DNA of 64,000 nt from Obrimoposthia wandeli (Eukaryota), in assembly GCA_977020255.1 (NCBI GenBank), contig CDROCS010000253.1:372001-436000 (forward strand), read 5' to 3'. Made by a program: the position numbers and the translations under genes. Shown here in pieces: positions 48,066-58,328 of the stretch. Numbering within the stretch: position 1 is the stretch's first letter; the number at the start of each line of letters is the position of its first letter. The notes beneath the pieces were generated by a model. It made no database searches, was not told where the DNA came from, and was given only the letters and a program-made list of their open reading frames with translations.

Positions 48066-48667
48066 TATGCGTCTCCTTTACTTGCATCAGAGGAAACACC
48101 GATTAACAAAGTGTCATCATTGATAAAAGAATGTTCTGGAACCACTAAGTTTAATGGTGCAGGAACGCCTTGAAATACACGACCGGCCATATCAAATTTA
48201 CTACCATGACATGGGCAGAAAAAGCCATTTGGAACGCCTTCAACAAATTGGTCGAAATCGCCACCATGATGAGTAGGAGCACAACCTAAGTGCGTACAAA
48301 CACCTAAGGCAACTAAGAATTCAGGTTTAATTGAACGATAAGCATTAGTTGCATAGACAGGTTGCTGCGCTTTTTCAGAATTAGGATCACGCAACTGGTC
48401 ATCGTGTTTAGCTAAATTACTAACTGTCTTTTCCGTTCTACGTACTACGTAAACGGGTTTACCACGCCATTCCGCGCGGATTAATTGACCAGGCTGTATT
48501 TTACCTATATTGACTTCAACTGGAGCACCCGCAGCTTTCGCGCGAGCACTTGGATTCCAGGAAGCAATAAAAGGCACAGCAGCCCCAACCACACCAACAC
48601 CACCAACAACTGCAGTAGCAGCGGTTAGGAAGCGTCTGCGGCCGTTATTTACAGGCACATTGCTCAT
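48065..48667 (-). CDS. petA: Rieske iron-sulfur subunit
   Basis: RRRFL Tat signal, CTHLGC, CPCHGS. Confidence 0.98.
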   Translation of the reverse strand: MSNVPVNNGRRRFLTAATAVVGGVGVVGAAVPFIASWNPSARAKAAGAPVEVNIGKIQPGQLIRAEWRGKPVYVVRRTEKTVSNLAKHDDQLRDPNSEKAQQPVYATNAYRSIKPEFLVALGVCTHLGCAPTHHGGDFDQFVEGVPNGFFCPCHGSKFDMAGRVFQGVPAPLNLVVPEHSFINDDTLLIGVSSDASKGDA

Positions 48668-48924
48668 TCATACTCTCCAACTAAGACACTAACAAAACAA
48701 TTATTTTTATGACTAACTAAGCAATAAATTTATAATAACCAGCAAGCACAGCGTTTGTTTTTGTTAGATCAAATTCATACCAAGTGGTATATCGACAAAA
48801 AATTTTTATGATCATAAAGAAATAGCGTGTTTTTTACAAGGTAAAAAGGGGCTTAGGTACTGTAAAAACAGAAATAATTTGAAATACTTTGAAATAGAAT
48901 AAATAAAGTTTATTTCGACCAAGC

Positions 48925-49193
48925 TAATACCAAGTTGATTAAGTTCTTTCCCACTCAGCGAGAATTAAAAGGCATAAAGGCAAGGCATTGATTGAAGAGA
49001 ATGGTTATTCCCTTGTCAAAATCAATAACGCTGCATGTAAGCCTTTTAAACTCGCCCTTGGGAGCTTGTTCTATGCCCATTAACATCGTTAAATTCATTT
49101 GATTTAGAATGACTAGACCTAAACAAATTCGCCTTGTTATTGAACATCTAACATAGCTCTGAGTTGGGAAGAAATTTAATCAAATTGGTATAA
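48925..49193. mobile_element. MITE/ERIC-like intergenic repeat, copy 2
   Basis: TIRs TAATACCAAGTTGATTAAG..CCCACTCAG / CTGAGTTGGG..TTAATCAAATTGGTATAA; ~50-bp core nearly identical to copy 1 (AGGCAAGGCATTGATTGAAGAGAATGG...AAATCAATAACG). Confidence 0.8.
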
Positions 49194-49258
49194 TAAGAAT
49201 TATTAACAAAAATCACAGTAAAATAAGACAAAAAACTACCGGCTAATTTTGGACATAA

Positions 49259-49283
49259 AAAAACCGACACAAGGTCGGTTTTT
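49259..49283 (-). terminator. Terminator of rplM-rpsI
   Basis: AAAAACCGAC-acaag-GTCGGTTTTT. Confidence 0.85.
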
Positions 49284-49434
49284 AATAAACACATAAATTA
49301 AATCATGCGTCTTATTTTCAAAGTGTTCGGTATTTAGGCGAGGCGTTGAATTATGAGTTCCTGAGCTTAGATTAACTAAGTGACTAGAACGAATAATGAT
49401 AACAACGCAGCATAAATGCTGAACATGAAGAAAA

Positions 49435-49827
49435 TTAGCGTTTTGAGAATTGTGGTTTCTTACGTGCTTTATGTAAGCCCACTTTCTTACGCTCAACTTT
49501 ACGCGCATCACGAGTAACGAATCCAGCTTTACGTAGTTCACCACGTAAAGTTTCATCAAAAACCATTAATGCACGAGTAATACCGTGACGAATCGCGCCA
49601 GCTTGACCAGAAATACCACCACCAACTACAGAGATGTTAAAGTCAAATTTTTCTAACATTTCAACTAACTCTAATGGTTGACGAACAACCATACGAGCAG
49701 TTTCACGACCGAAGTACTCAGAAATGTCACGTTTATTAATTGTGATTGCACCGTTACCAGCTTTCATAAACACACGAGCAGTTGAGCTCTTGCGACGACC
49801 AGTACCGTAATATTGATTATCAGCCAT
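49435..49827 (-). CDS. rpsI: 30S ribosomal protein S9
   Basis: [26 protein letters not shown]. Confidence 0.99.
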   Translation of the reverse strand: MADNQYYGTGRRKSSTARVFMKAGNGAITINKRDISEYFGRETARMVVRQPLELVEMLEKFDFNISVVGGGISGQAGAIRHGITRALMVFDETLRGELRKAGFVTRDARKVERKKVGLHKARKKPQFSKR

Positions 49828-49830
49828 TGC

Positions 49831-50259
49831 TTAAAGCTCCAAAAGTTGTGGTTGTTGTGCTGTATGCTGGTGCTCAGGACCGGCATACACTTTTAATTTG
49901 CGGAACATTTCACGACCTAAAGGACCTTTAGGTAACATGCCTTTCACTGCAAATTCAAGAACGCGTGTAGGAGCTTTTTCAATTAACTTTTCAAAGCTAA
50001 TTTGCTTAAGGCCACCAGGGAACTCAGTATGCGAGTAGTAAATTTTACCTTTCGCTTTGTTACCTGTTACACGTACTTTCTCAGCATTGATAACAACGAT
50101 ATAATCGCCAGTATCTACGTGAGGTGTATATTCTACTTTATGCTTACCGCGTAAACGGGTTGCAATTTCAGTTGCGATACGACCTAAAGTTTTATCTTCG
50201 GCGTCCACTAAGAACCATTCGCGTTGTACGCTTGCTGGTTTTGCTACAAAAGTTTTCAT
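49831..50259 (-). CDS. rplM: 50S ribosomal protein L13
   Basis: [31 protein letters not shown]. Confidence 0.99.
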   Translation of the reverse strand: MKTFVAKPASVQREWFLVDAEDKTLGRIATEIATRLRGKHKVEYTPHVDTGDYIVVINAEKVRVTGNKAKGKIYYSHTEFPGGLKQISFEKLIEKAPTRVLEFAVKGMLPKGPLGREMFRKLKVYAGPEHQHTAQQPQLLEL

Positions 50260-50439
50260 TAAAAAACCCAATCTTAAAAATGTTACTTAAATGACAATAT
50301 AAAAAATAATTTTAATTGCCGGTTAAATGGACTACGCCATTGCCCCTTCGAGCATCGAGCCCAGCGCCACTATTTATAGGGAACTTTGACAAGAAACCAA
50401 AAATAATAGGCATTTGTAACGTAGGGAGCGCGGATTATA
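50260..50439 (-). promoter_or_regulatory. rplM promoter (-10 TATAAT, GC-rich discriminator) and long 5' leader
   Basis: Minus strand TATAAT-CCGCGC at 50439-50428; leader contains CGAAGGGG, GTAAC and TTGGGT..TTAATG, resembling the gammaproteobacterial L13-regulated leader as I recall it. Confidence 0.55.
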
Positions 50440-51008
50440 CAGAAAGAGTTAATAAAAATCACGTATATTTCGCTAAAAAGGGGTGTTTTTTAAGAATTAG
50501 TGCCATTTTACTATTCATCATAACTTGATTCGCTTTAATCATACGATTAGTAAGCAGCTAACTGATTATAACCACTGCCTTGTATATGTTGCATATAATT
50601 AGGATCCAAAAAATACCAAATTAATTTTCTACCTCGCTAAACATAGCTACAATTACCGAGTACCCGATTCTTAGTAATACTTTCAATTATGTTGATAAAG
50701 GGTATTTCTAATTATCATCTCCCCATATTTTAATCATACTTTGGTATTTATAATCTTATTAGTCATTGTAATTCTGTTATCAATAAATGAGGGGTTAGTA
50801 TTGATATTAAGGCGTCTTAGCTTAATTTGCGTTAGCAGCTTAAATCCTCAAAAAAGTTAATATCTAGTTAACAACGGGTTATAAAACAATCACCCGATGA
50901 TTGACCAGTAATAAAAACAAAAAAAGTCGCAACAAAATTTTACATTTGTGAAGTTATGTCGCAATATGAAGTCAGCCCCCGTAAAAATCAAATGGAAGTA
51001 TAAATATT

Positions 51009-51372
51009 ATGAATAACTTACAAAAAATGAAAAATAATGCGCAAAAAGGTTTTACTCTAATTGAATTAATGATCGTTGTGGCAATTATCGGTATTTTAGC
51101 AGCGGTAGCATTACCTGCTTATCAAACTTATACAAAGAAAGCTACATTCCGGAACCCACTTTCAAAACAGCTGTGTCTTGATATTACAAACTGTGGCCAC
51201 TACCAAAATGTAACACACTAATATTATTAATGCTGGTGCTATTGTCTGTCGTGGTAACACTGCTACTAATATCATAATTACAGGTAAAGGTATTGCAGCT
51301 CTAGATAGTAAAGAAACTAACTTGCAGTTAAAAAGTGGTATAGCGCTGGTCTTTGTTAAGAATATAAGCTAA
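51009..51372 (+). pseudogene. pilA: Type IVa major pilin, disrupted after the N-terminal helix
   Basis: [30 protein letters not shown] intact; stop at 51221; pilin-like TFKTAVS* in another frame (51158-51181); a further open stretch in +1 frame to 51372. Confidence 0.7.
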
Positions 51373-51667
51373 CTACTACAGACCGATAGTTAATATTGGG
51401 CATTACTAGTTTTTTAAAACTGGTGTCTAACGCTGTCTAAAGCTCTTTTATCTCTGTCTTTATTATTAATATATCTACCTTCTAACTTAAGCCCATTTAA
51501 CTCATTTTTTATTATTTAATGTAGTATGAATAATCCTGAATGTCTTTCGAGATATCTGGTTAGAATGTTCACCTATTCATAAATCTCTTTGTTCTTTTAA
51601 CTAATTATAAGTTACACTAAATTTATATAACTATTCCAATATTTCTAAAAGGTTATCTCTAAATATC

Positions 51668-53368
51668 ATGAAAGGTAGCCATCAGCAATATAGCGTTTTA
51701 TCTGCTCTGTCAAAGCAGAACCTTATCCCATCAGAATCAATAGATGATATTACAGCTGAATTCGTTGGTAAAAAAACACCTTTTATTCGTTTTCTTATAG
51801 AAAGCCAAAATATTGATGGCAAGAGTATTGCCAAAGTACTCTCTAAAAGTTTTGGTTACCCACAAATTCAACTTAATAACGTCGATACCAGCTTAGTACC
51901 TGATGGTGTTCGCAACGAAAAATTAATACTCAAGCATAATGCTTTACCACTATATTTACGCGGTAAAGTTTTGTTCGTTGCTATGTCAGATCCAACCAAT
52001 TTAGATGCCCTTGAAGAAATACAGTTTAATACTGGCTATAGTACAGAATTAGTGTTGTGTGATGAAAGAAGCCTACAAACTTGCATTGAAAAAGTATTAG
52101 AAGATGAAAGTGATGCACTAAATATAAATGACATAGATGCAGATGAGTTAGCTGGAATTGATGTTGAAGAGTCCAGAAAAGAAGAAGATTATACTAGCGG
52201 TGAAGATGATGCCCCTATTGTTGTTTTTATCAATAAAATATTACTTGATGCCATTAAAAAAGGTGCCTCCGATTTACATTTTGAACCTTATGAAAAGTCA
52301 TTTCGTATTCGCTTTCGTATTGATGGAATTTTATCTGAAATTGCTAAACCACCCGTTAGTTTAGCTTCAAGAATGGCAGCCCGTTTAAAAGTGATGTCTA
52401 AACTAGATATTGCCGAACGTCGTGTACCACAAGATGGCAGAATAAAACTGGCATTATCAAAGAAAAAATCGATCGATTTTCGTGTTAGTACCCTACCCAC
52501 TATGTGGGGCGAAAAAATAGTAATGCGTATTCTTGATTCATCTAGCGCGATGCTCGGTATTGATATGCTTGGTTATGAACCCGCCCAGAAAAAAATATAC
52601 ATGGAGGCTTTAGAACAGCCCCAAGGTATGATTTTAGTTACCGGACCAACAGGCTCAGGTAAGACAGTCTCCTTATATACGGGTTTAAACATTCTTAATA
52701 CCCAAGAGCGTAATATATCTACCGCAGAAGATCCGGTCGAAATAAACCTTGAGGGTATTAATCAAGTTCAAATTAATAATCGCGCAGGACTAACCTTCCC
52801 GAGTGCCTTGCGTTCTTTTTTACGACAAGATCCAGATATTGTTATGGTTGGTGAAATACGTGATTTAGAAACGGCTGAAATAGCAATCAAAGCAGCCCAA
52901 ACAGGTCATTTAGTTTTATCTACTCTACATACAAACTCTGCTGCGGAGACTTTAACACGTTTACTCAATATGGGAGTGCCTTCATATAACGTTGCCAGCT
53001 CAGTCTCTATTATTATTGCTCAACGATTGGCAAGACGATTATGCCCACAGTGCAAAGAAGAAGAGCCATTATCAGAGATGCAATTAGCCGAACAGGGCTT
53101 TCCTGTAGATAAGCTTTCGCAAATTACATTATTTAAACCGGTAGGTTGTACTCATTGTACTGGTGGTTATAAAGGCCGTGTGGGTATTTATGAGGTAATT
53201 AAAATTAGTCCTACCATAGCCTCAATTATTATGGAGGGTGGTAACTCTCTTGATATAGCTAATCAGTGTCAAAAAGAAGGTTATAACAATTTACGCCAAT
53301 CCGGATTAATTAAAGCGATGAATGGCATGTCTAGTTTGGCAGAGATTAATCGAGTAACTAGCTCTTAA
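51668..53368 (+). CDS. pilB: Type IV pilus assembly ATPase PilB
   Basis: [38 protein letters not shown]. Confidence 0.97.
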   Translation: MKGSHQQYSVLSALSKQNLIPSESIDDITAEFVGKKTPFIRFLIESQNIDGKSIAKVLSKSFGYPQIQLNNVDTSLVPDGVRNEKLILKHNALPLYLRGKVLFVAMSDPTNLDALEEIQFNTGYSTELVLCDERSLQTCIEKVLEDESDALNINDIDADELAGIDVEESRKEEDYTSGEDDAPIVVFINKILLDAIKKGASDLHFEPYEKSFRIRFRIDGILSEIAKPPVSLASRMAARLKVMSKLDIAERRVPQDGRIKLALSKKKSIDFRVSTLPTMWGEKIVMRILDSSSAMLGIDMLGYEPAQKKIYMEALEQPQGMILVTGPTGSGKTVSLYTGLNILNTQERNISTAEDPVEINLEGINQVQINNRAGLTFPSALRSFLRQDPDIVMVGEIRDLETAEIAIKAAQTGHLVLSTLHTNSAAETLTRLLNMGVPSYNVASSVSIIIAQRLARRLCPQCKEEEPLSEMQLAEQGFPVDKLSQITLFKPVGCTHCTGGYKGRVGIYEVIKISPTIASIIMEGGNSLDIANQCQKEGYNNLRQSGLIKAMNGMSSLAEINRVTSS

Positions 53369-53487
53369 CGCTAATCCAAGCTAAATTACTTATACTTTAC
53401 AAGACAATTTACATCTTAATATATAAAACACTTTACCTGCTGCAATGATAAAGCAATAGTAGGGTAATTCATGGACTAGGGTTAACT

Positions 53488-54750
53488 ATGGCTATTACAA
53501 CAAAAAATAAATCAGCTAAAGGTAAAACTAAAGTTAAAGTTAAAGAACAAGATGTTTTTGTTTGGCATGGGGTTAACCGTAAAGGAAAAAAAGTTAGTGG
53601 TGAACTCCCTGCTAAAAGTATTATTGAGTTAAAAAATCAGCTGCGTAAACAAGGCATAGTGCCCAGCCGCGTTAAGAAAAAGCCTAAAGCTTTATTTGGT
53701 TTAGGCGGTGATAAACCAATAACACCCGCTGACATTGCTGTTATCACCAGACAAATAGCCACTATGCTAGGCGCTGGTGTCCCCTTAGTTCAGACTATTG
53801 AGATGATAGGCAAAGGACATAATAACGGTAAAATGCGCATGCTACTTGGAGATATCGGGACTAAACTTTCTTCTGGCATCCCTTTATCAGATTGTTTACG
53901 TGATCACCCACTTTTTTTCGATGACCTTTATTGTGATTTAGTGGCTTCAGGCGAACAATCTGGAGCACTAGAAACCATTTACGGCCGTATTGCTACCTAT
54001 AAAGAAAAAGCGGAAGCATTAAAAAGTAAAATTAAAAAGGCAATGACCTACCCTATTGCAGTATTAGTCATTGCCTTTATCGTAACATCGATACTGCTTA
54101 TTTTTGTTGTACCTGTTTTTCAAGAAATATTTGCTGGTTTTGGCGCTGAACTCCCTGCGTTCACTTTGATGGTAATTGCTCTATCTGAGTTTATGCAGGC
54201 CTATTGGTACTTTGGTTTAGCCGGACTTTATTTAGCCTTTTTCTTATTTAAACGTGCCCACAGAAATAGCCAAAAATTACGTGATAGTGTTGATAAAAAT
54301 ATACTAAAGTTACCTGTTATTGGTGATTTATTAGAGAAAGCAGCCGTTGCTCGATACGCCCGTACTTTATCGACAACGTTTGCTGCAGGTGTTCCTTTGA
54401 TTGATGCGTTGGAATCCGCCGCAGGTGCATCGGGCAATGCTGTATTCCGTGATGCAATACTAGAAGTGCGTACTGAAGTGTCTTCTGGTATGCAAATGAA
54501 TTTAGCTATGCGTAACTGTAAAATATTCCCTGATATGGTTATTCAAATGGTAGCTATTGGTGAGGAGTCTGGTGCAGTTGATGATATGTTATCAAAAGTT
54601 GCAAACGTCTATGAGCAACAAGTAGATGATGCGGTAGATGGCTTAACGGCACTTTTAGAGCCAATGATCATGGCTGTGCTAGGTGTGGTTATTGGTGGCT
54701 TAATTATTGCTATGTATTTACCAATATTTGAAATAGGTAAAATTGTATAA
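53488..54750 (+). CDS. pilC: Type IV pilus platform protein PilC
   Basis: RQIATMLGAGVPL, GEQSGAL, AMTYP, GEESG, MYLPIF. Confidence 0.97.
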   Translation: MAITTKNKSAKGKTKVKVKEQDVFVWHGVNRKGKKVSGELPAKSIIELKNQLRKQGIVPSRVKKKPKALFGLGGDKPITPADIAVITRQIATMLGAGVPLVQTIEMIGKGHNNGKMRMLLGDIGTKLSSGIPLSDCLRDHPLFFDDLYCDLVASGEQSGALETIYGRIATYKEKAEALKSKIKKAMTYPIAVLVIAFIVTSILLIFVVPVFQEIFAGFGAELPAFTLMVIALSEFMQAYWYFGLAGLYLAFFLFKRAHRNSQKLRDSVDKNILKLPVIGDLLEKAAVARYARTLSTTFAAGVPLIDALESAAGASGNAVFRDAILEVRTEVSSGMQMNLAMRNCKIFPDMVIQMVAIGEESGAVDDMLSKVANVYEQQVDDAVDGLTALLEPMIMAVLGVVIGGLIIAMYLPIFEIGKIV

Positions 54751-54838
54751 GTCTATATAAACTTATAAAGTCTATATAAAAAATGGAGCAGCTATATCTT
54801 TATACTGCTTCATTGTTATATTTTAATTACAACTCATC

Positions 54839-55102
54839 TATACCCGTTACCAGTCAAAGTACAGGATTTCAGTGGGAATTAAAACCACTTTAGGCAAGGC
54901 AAATCATTTAAGCATAGTCATTCTATGGTTTAATTATTTAACGCCGTATAAAGTGATTTTAAACCCATCAAAGAAGCGCTTGAGCAACATCACTTCATCG
55001 TTGCTGTGACTTATAATGGAACAACCATTATTTCATCACAGCGCCTTGAATTGAAATTGCTCAAGCACTATGAAACCTGCATCTTGAATGGTAATGGGTA
55101 TA
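54839..55102. mobile_element. MITE/ERIC-like intergenic repeat, copy 3
   Basis: TIRs TATACCCGTTACCAGTCAAAGTACAGG / CCTGCATCTTGAATGGTAATGGGTATA; AGGCAAGGC core. Confidence 0.8.
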
Positions 55103-55119
55103 TAACTTCAGTTTTAAAC

Positions 55120-56040
55120 ATGGAAACCACCTTGCTATATACTCATTTTTTATCTTTTTTTGAAAATTTATCTCTGTTATTTCAACAATCCCCGAGCTTC
55201 TTTTATAGTACTGTTGGCCTAATTTCATTGACCATAGGTAGCTTTCTTAATGTTGTTATTTATCGCACCCCTAAAATGATGGAATACACTTGGTATCATG
55301 ATTGCCGAGAGTTTCTAGCTGATGAGGTTGCTAATATTAAAGCAAAAAAACTCACAGAAATCACTTTATCTAAGCCTGACTCTACCTGCCCAAATTGCGA
55401 TCATAAAATTCGTTATTATGAAAATATCCCGGTAGTAAGTTGGTTATTACTCAAGGGAAAATGTAGCCAGTGCTCAAATAAAATTTCGGTTCGCTATCCC
55501 TTAGTTGAACTTTCTACCATGCTATTAAGCCTTATTGTTGCTCAGCATTTTGGTGCAACCATAACAACACTTTGGGTTTTACTACTCACTTGGTGTTTAA
55601 TCACTCTTACCATGATAGATGTTGACCACATGTTACTACCTGATCACATTACTTTGCCACTTTTATGGTTAGGGCTACTGCTAAACATAAACGGTACTTT
55701 CATTCCATTAACTGATGCTGTAATTGGCGCTGCTGTTGGCTATATGAGCTTATTCTCTGTCTTTTGGCTTTTTAAGTTAATAACAGGCAAAGAGGGCATG
55801 GGCTTTGGCGACTTTAAATTATTCGCTGTTTTTGGTGCTTGGATCGGTTGGCAACTATTACCGCTACTTATTTTAATGGCATCAGTTGTTGGCGCAATTG
55901 TTGGCATTACTTTACTGTTATTCAAAAACCATCAAAGAGAACAGGGTATTCCTTTTGGCCCTTATTTAGCGGTAGCGGGTTGGATCACTTTATTATGGGG
56001 TGATGGTATTTGGTCATGGTATTTACAGAAAATTCTTTAA
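55120..56040 (+). CDS. pilD: Prepilin peptidase/N-methyltransferase PilD
   Basis: IGSFLNVVIYR, CPNC/CSQC, DVDHMLLPD, GMGFGDFKL, PFGPYL; the ORF-track start 55006 lies inside the MITE. Confidence 0.95.
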   Translation: METTLLYTHFLSFFENLSLLFQQSPSFFYSTVGLISLTIGSFLNVVIYRTPKMMEYTWYHDCREFLADEVANIKAKKLTEITLSKPDSTCPNCDHKIRYYENIPVVSWLLLKGKCSQCSNKISVRYPLVELSTMLLSLIVAQHFGATITTLWVLLLTWCLITLTMIDVDHMLLPDHITLPLLWLGLLLNINGTFIPLTDAVIGAAVGYMSLFSVFWLFKLITGKEGMGFGDFKLFAVFGAWIGWQLLPLLILMASVVGAIVGITLLLFKNHQREQGIPFGPYLAVAGWITLLWGDGIWSWYLQKIL

Positions 56041-56055
56041 TAGGTTGTACTCAAT

Positions 56056-56664
56056 ATGTCTAAACTAGTTATTGGCCTTACAGGCGGAATAGGTAGCGGA
56101 AAAACCACGATTACCAATTACTTTCTAGCATTGGGTGTTGAAATTATTGATGCTGATATTATTGCTAGAGAAGTTGTTGCGGTTAACAGCCCTGCATTAA
56201 AAGCAATTGCCAAGCACTTCGGTGATGAATATATTCAAGCTGATGGTCAGCTCAATAGAGCCTTATTACGAAGGAGAATTTTTAGCAATATAGCTGATAA
56301 GCTTTGGTTGAATAAGTTATTACACCCCTTAATACGCATTAATATTGTGACGCAGACTAAAGAAGCTAAAAGCCCATATTGTATTTTAGTTGCACCTTTA
56401 CTTATTGAGAATAACCTACTCGAATTAGTTGATCGTGTATTAATAGTTGATGTCAGTGAAACAACTCAGATAACACGAACCCTGTTACGAGATAACAGCT
56501 CTGCACAAGAAATCAAAGCCATAATGGCAAGTCAAACCAACCGTGCTGCAAGAGTTAACATTGCCGACGATATTATAAACAATGATGATTCAACTTTATC
56601 GGAAATTAAAGCAGCCGTTGTATCATTTGATAAAAAGTATTTAGCCTTGACAATAATGGTTTAA
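56056..56664 (+). CDS. coaE: Dephospho-CoA kinase
   Basis: IGLTGGIGSGKT, DADIIAR, LLHP. Confidence 0.97.
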   Translation: MSKLVIGLTGGIGSGKTTITNYFLALGVEIIDADIIAREVVAVNSPALKAIAKHFGDEYIQADGQLNRALLRRRIFSNIADKLWLNKLLHPLIRINIVTQTKEAKSPYCILVAPLLIENNLLELVDRVLIVDVSETTQITRTLLRDNSSAQEIKAIMASQTNRAARVNIADDIINNDDSTLSEIKAAVVSFDKKYLALTIMV

Positions 56665-56732
56665 AAATCGACAATAATACCATTCGCTATCTATTTATAT
56701 ATCTTTCAAGTTAACTGGTTACAAAATGTTGT

Positions 56733-57485
56733 ATGTCTTCAATCTTATATGAACACCCGCTCAATGAGCGAATACGAAACTACTTAAAAATCGAGCAATT
56801 CTTCGCTCAGGCATATTCATGTCTTAGTGGTGATATCAAAATACTAACTAGCCATCCAGTGTTTTTTAATGCGCTATTTTCCATAATCGATACCTTAGAA
56901 CGAAACGATATCCGTGGTGATTTAATCAAAGATTTAGAAAAATTAGAACAGAACCTTGTTGTGTGGTCAAAAGTTCCTGACGTAGACAGCAGAGCACTTG
57001 AAAAGAATTTGTCTGAAACAGTTAAATTAGTCAGTCACCTGAGAACGCCACGATCTACTTGGTTACTATTAAAAGAAGATAAGTTACTTTCTTGTTTAAA
57101 ACAACGTTTTGCCATTCAAGGTGGTAGCTCTAGCTTTGACTTGCCGCAACTGCATTTTTGGCTTCACCAAGATGAAGTGCAAACGAAAAAAGAAGTTAAA
57201 CAGTGGCTCAACCTATTAAGTGATATATCATCTGCTCTTGCACTTGTGCTTAAATTTATTCGTTTACGCGCTGAGTTTGAGTCTATAGCTGTTGATAGTG
57301 GTTTTTATCAAGATAACGGTGAGGGACTTTTATTATTACGAATTAAGTTAGCTAAAGATGTTGCATATTATCCAACAGTCAGCGGCAACAAGTTCCGCTA
57401 CTCCATCCGCTTTATGCTACCTTGCCAACATACTGGCCGCAGGTATGCCAACCAAGCAACTGAATTTCAATTAGCGCGCTGCTAA
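56733..57485 (+). CDS. zapD: Cell division protein ZapD
   Basis: [31 protein letters not shown]; coaE-zapD-yacG synteny. Confidence 0.95.
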   Translation: MSSILYEHPLNERIRNYLKIEQFFAQAYSCLSGDIKILTSHPVFFNALFSIIDTLERNDIRGDLIKDLEKLEQNLVVWSKVPDVDSRALEKNLSETVKLVSHLRTPRSTWLLLKEDKLLSCLKQRFAIQGGSSSFDLPQLHFWLHQDEVQTKKEVKQWLNLLSDISSALALVLKFIRLRAEFESIAVDSGFYQDNGEGLLLLRIKLAKDVAYYPTVSGNKFRYSIRFMLPCQHTGRRYANQATEFQLARC

Positions 57486-57559
57486 CTAGCAAATGGTTCA
57501 ACAGTCCTACACTTTCGTGTATAATTAGTATCACTTCTACCTTTAAAAAATATAGTACC

Positions 57560-57796
57560 ATGACCTTAAAAGTTCCCTGCCCTCAATGTAAAGAAGCTGT
57601 TATATGGCAAGAAAGTAGCGAGTTCCGTCCTTTTTGTAGTAAACGTTGCCAGCTTATTGATTTAGGAGAATGGGCCGATGAAGGACATAAAATCAGCCAA
57701 AACATTCAAGTTGATACTGTTTTATCAGAAGAAATGCTAGACGCAATGGAAGATGAGTTTTTACTTAACAATAAGTTTTTTGTTGAGCCGGAATAA
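57560..57796 (+). CDS. yacG: DNA gyrase inhibitor YacG
   Basis: CPQC...[17 protein letters not shown]. Confidence 0.95.
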   Translation: MTLKVPCPQCKEAVIWQESSEFRPFCSKRCQLIDLGEWADEGHKISQNIQVDTVLSEEMLDAMEDEFLLNNKFFVEPE

Positions 57797-57820
57797 TGGA
57801 TATCCGCCTAGAAAAAACCA

Positions 57821-58264
57821 CTAGAGGGATTTTTCTAGGAGCTTATCAATAATGGCTTTATTGGCTGCTGGAAAGTTTAGTTGCTCAAAATCATTCAACG
57901 CATACCAGCCCTGACCTTGTCCCTCTTGTGCGCTCGGCTCCCCCGTAAAGTTATCAACGATAAAAACGTCCAAACACACATTTTTAACTTCTTCGCCTCC
58001 CTCTTTACCTCGCCCTTTACTTCGATAAGTATGCTCAATTTTCATTAGTGGTTGGCAAGACAATACCTCAATCCCCACCTCTTCTTTAAGCTCCCTAGCA
58101 AGGGCTTGTGCAACTGTTTCGTTTTTTTCCACCTTACCACCTGGAAACTCCCACTTTCCACCTTGATGAGCCTTTTCTAGGCGTTTAGTTAAGAAATATC
58201 GATCACCTACGCCTTTACTTGTCCTTGTTATAACCCCTACGGCAACATGTACAACTTTATTCAT
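57821..58264 (-). CDS. mutT: 8-oxo-dGTP diphosphatase (Nudix)
   Basis: WEFPGGKVEKNETVAQALARELKEEVG, FPAAN; downstream of secA. Confidence 0.93.
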   Translation of the reverse strand: MNKVVHVAVGVITRTSKGVGDRYFLTKRLEKAHQGGKWEFPGGKVEKNETVAQALARELKEEVGIEVLSCQPLMKIEHTYRSKGRGKEGGEEVKNVCLDVFIVDNFTGEPSAQEGQGQGWYALNDFEQLNFPAANKAIIDKLLEKSL

Positions 58265-58287
58265 ATTTTATCTCTGCATAAAATAAA

Positions 58288-58311
58288 AATGCCAGTCATT
58301 AGACTGGCATT
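58288..58311 (-). terminator. Terminator after secA
   Basis: AATGCCAGTC-atta-GACTGGCATT with U-tract on minus strand. Confidence 0.75.
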
Positions 58312-58328
58312 CATTACAAACCTAGTTA

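Noticed and set aside
49236-49559. 107-aa ORF overlapping the rpsI 3' end
   Set aside because: Alternative frame of rpsI running through its terminator; no recognisable features
50316-50528. 70-aa ORF upstream of rplM
   Set aside because: Antisense to the rplM promoter/leader; no coding signature
55006-55119. N-terminal extension of PilD in the ORF track
   Set aside because: Lies within MITE copy 3
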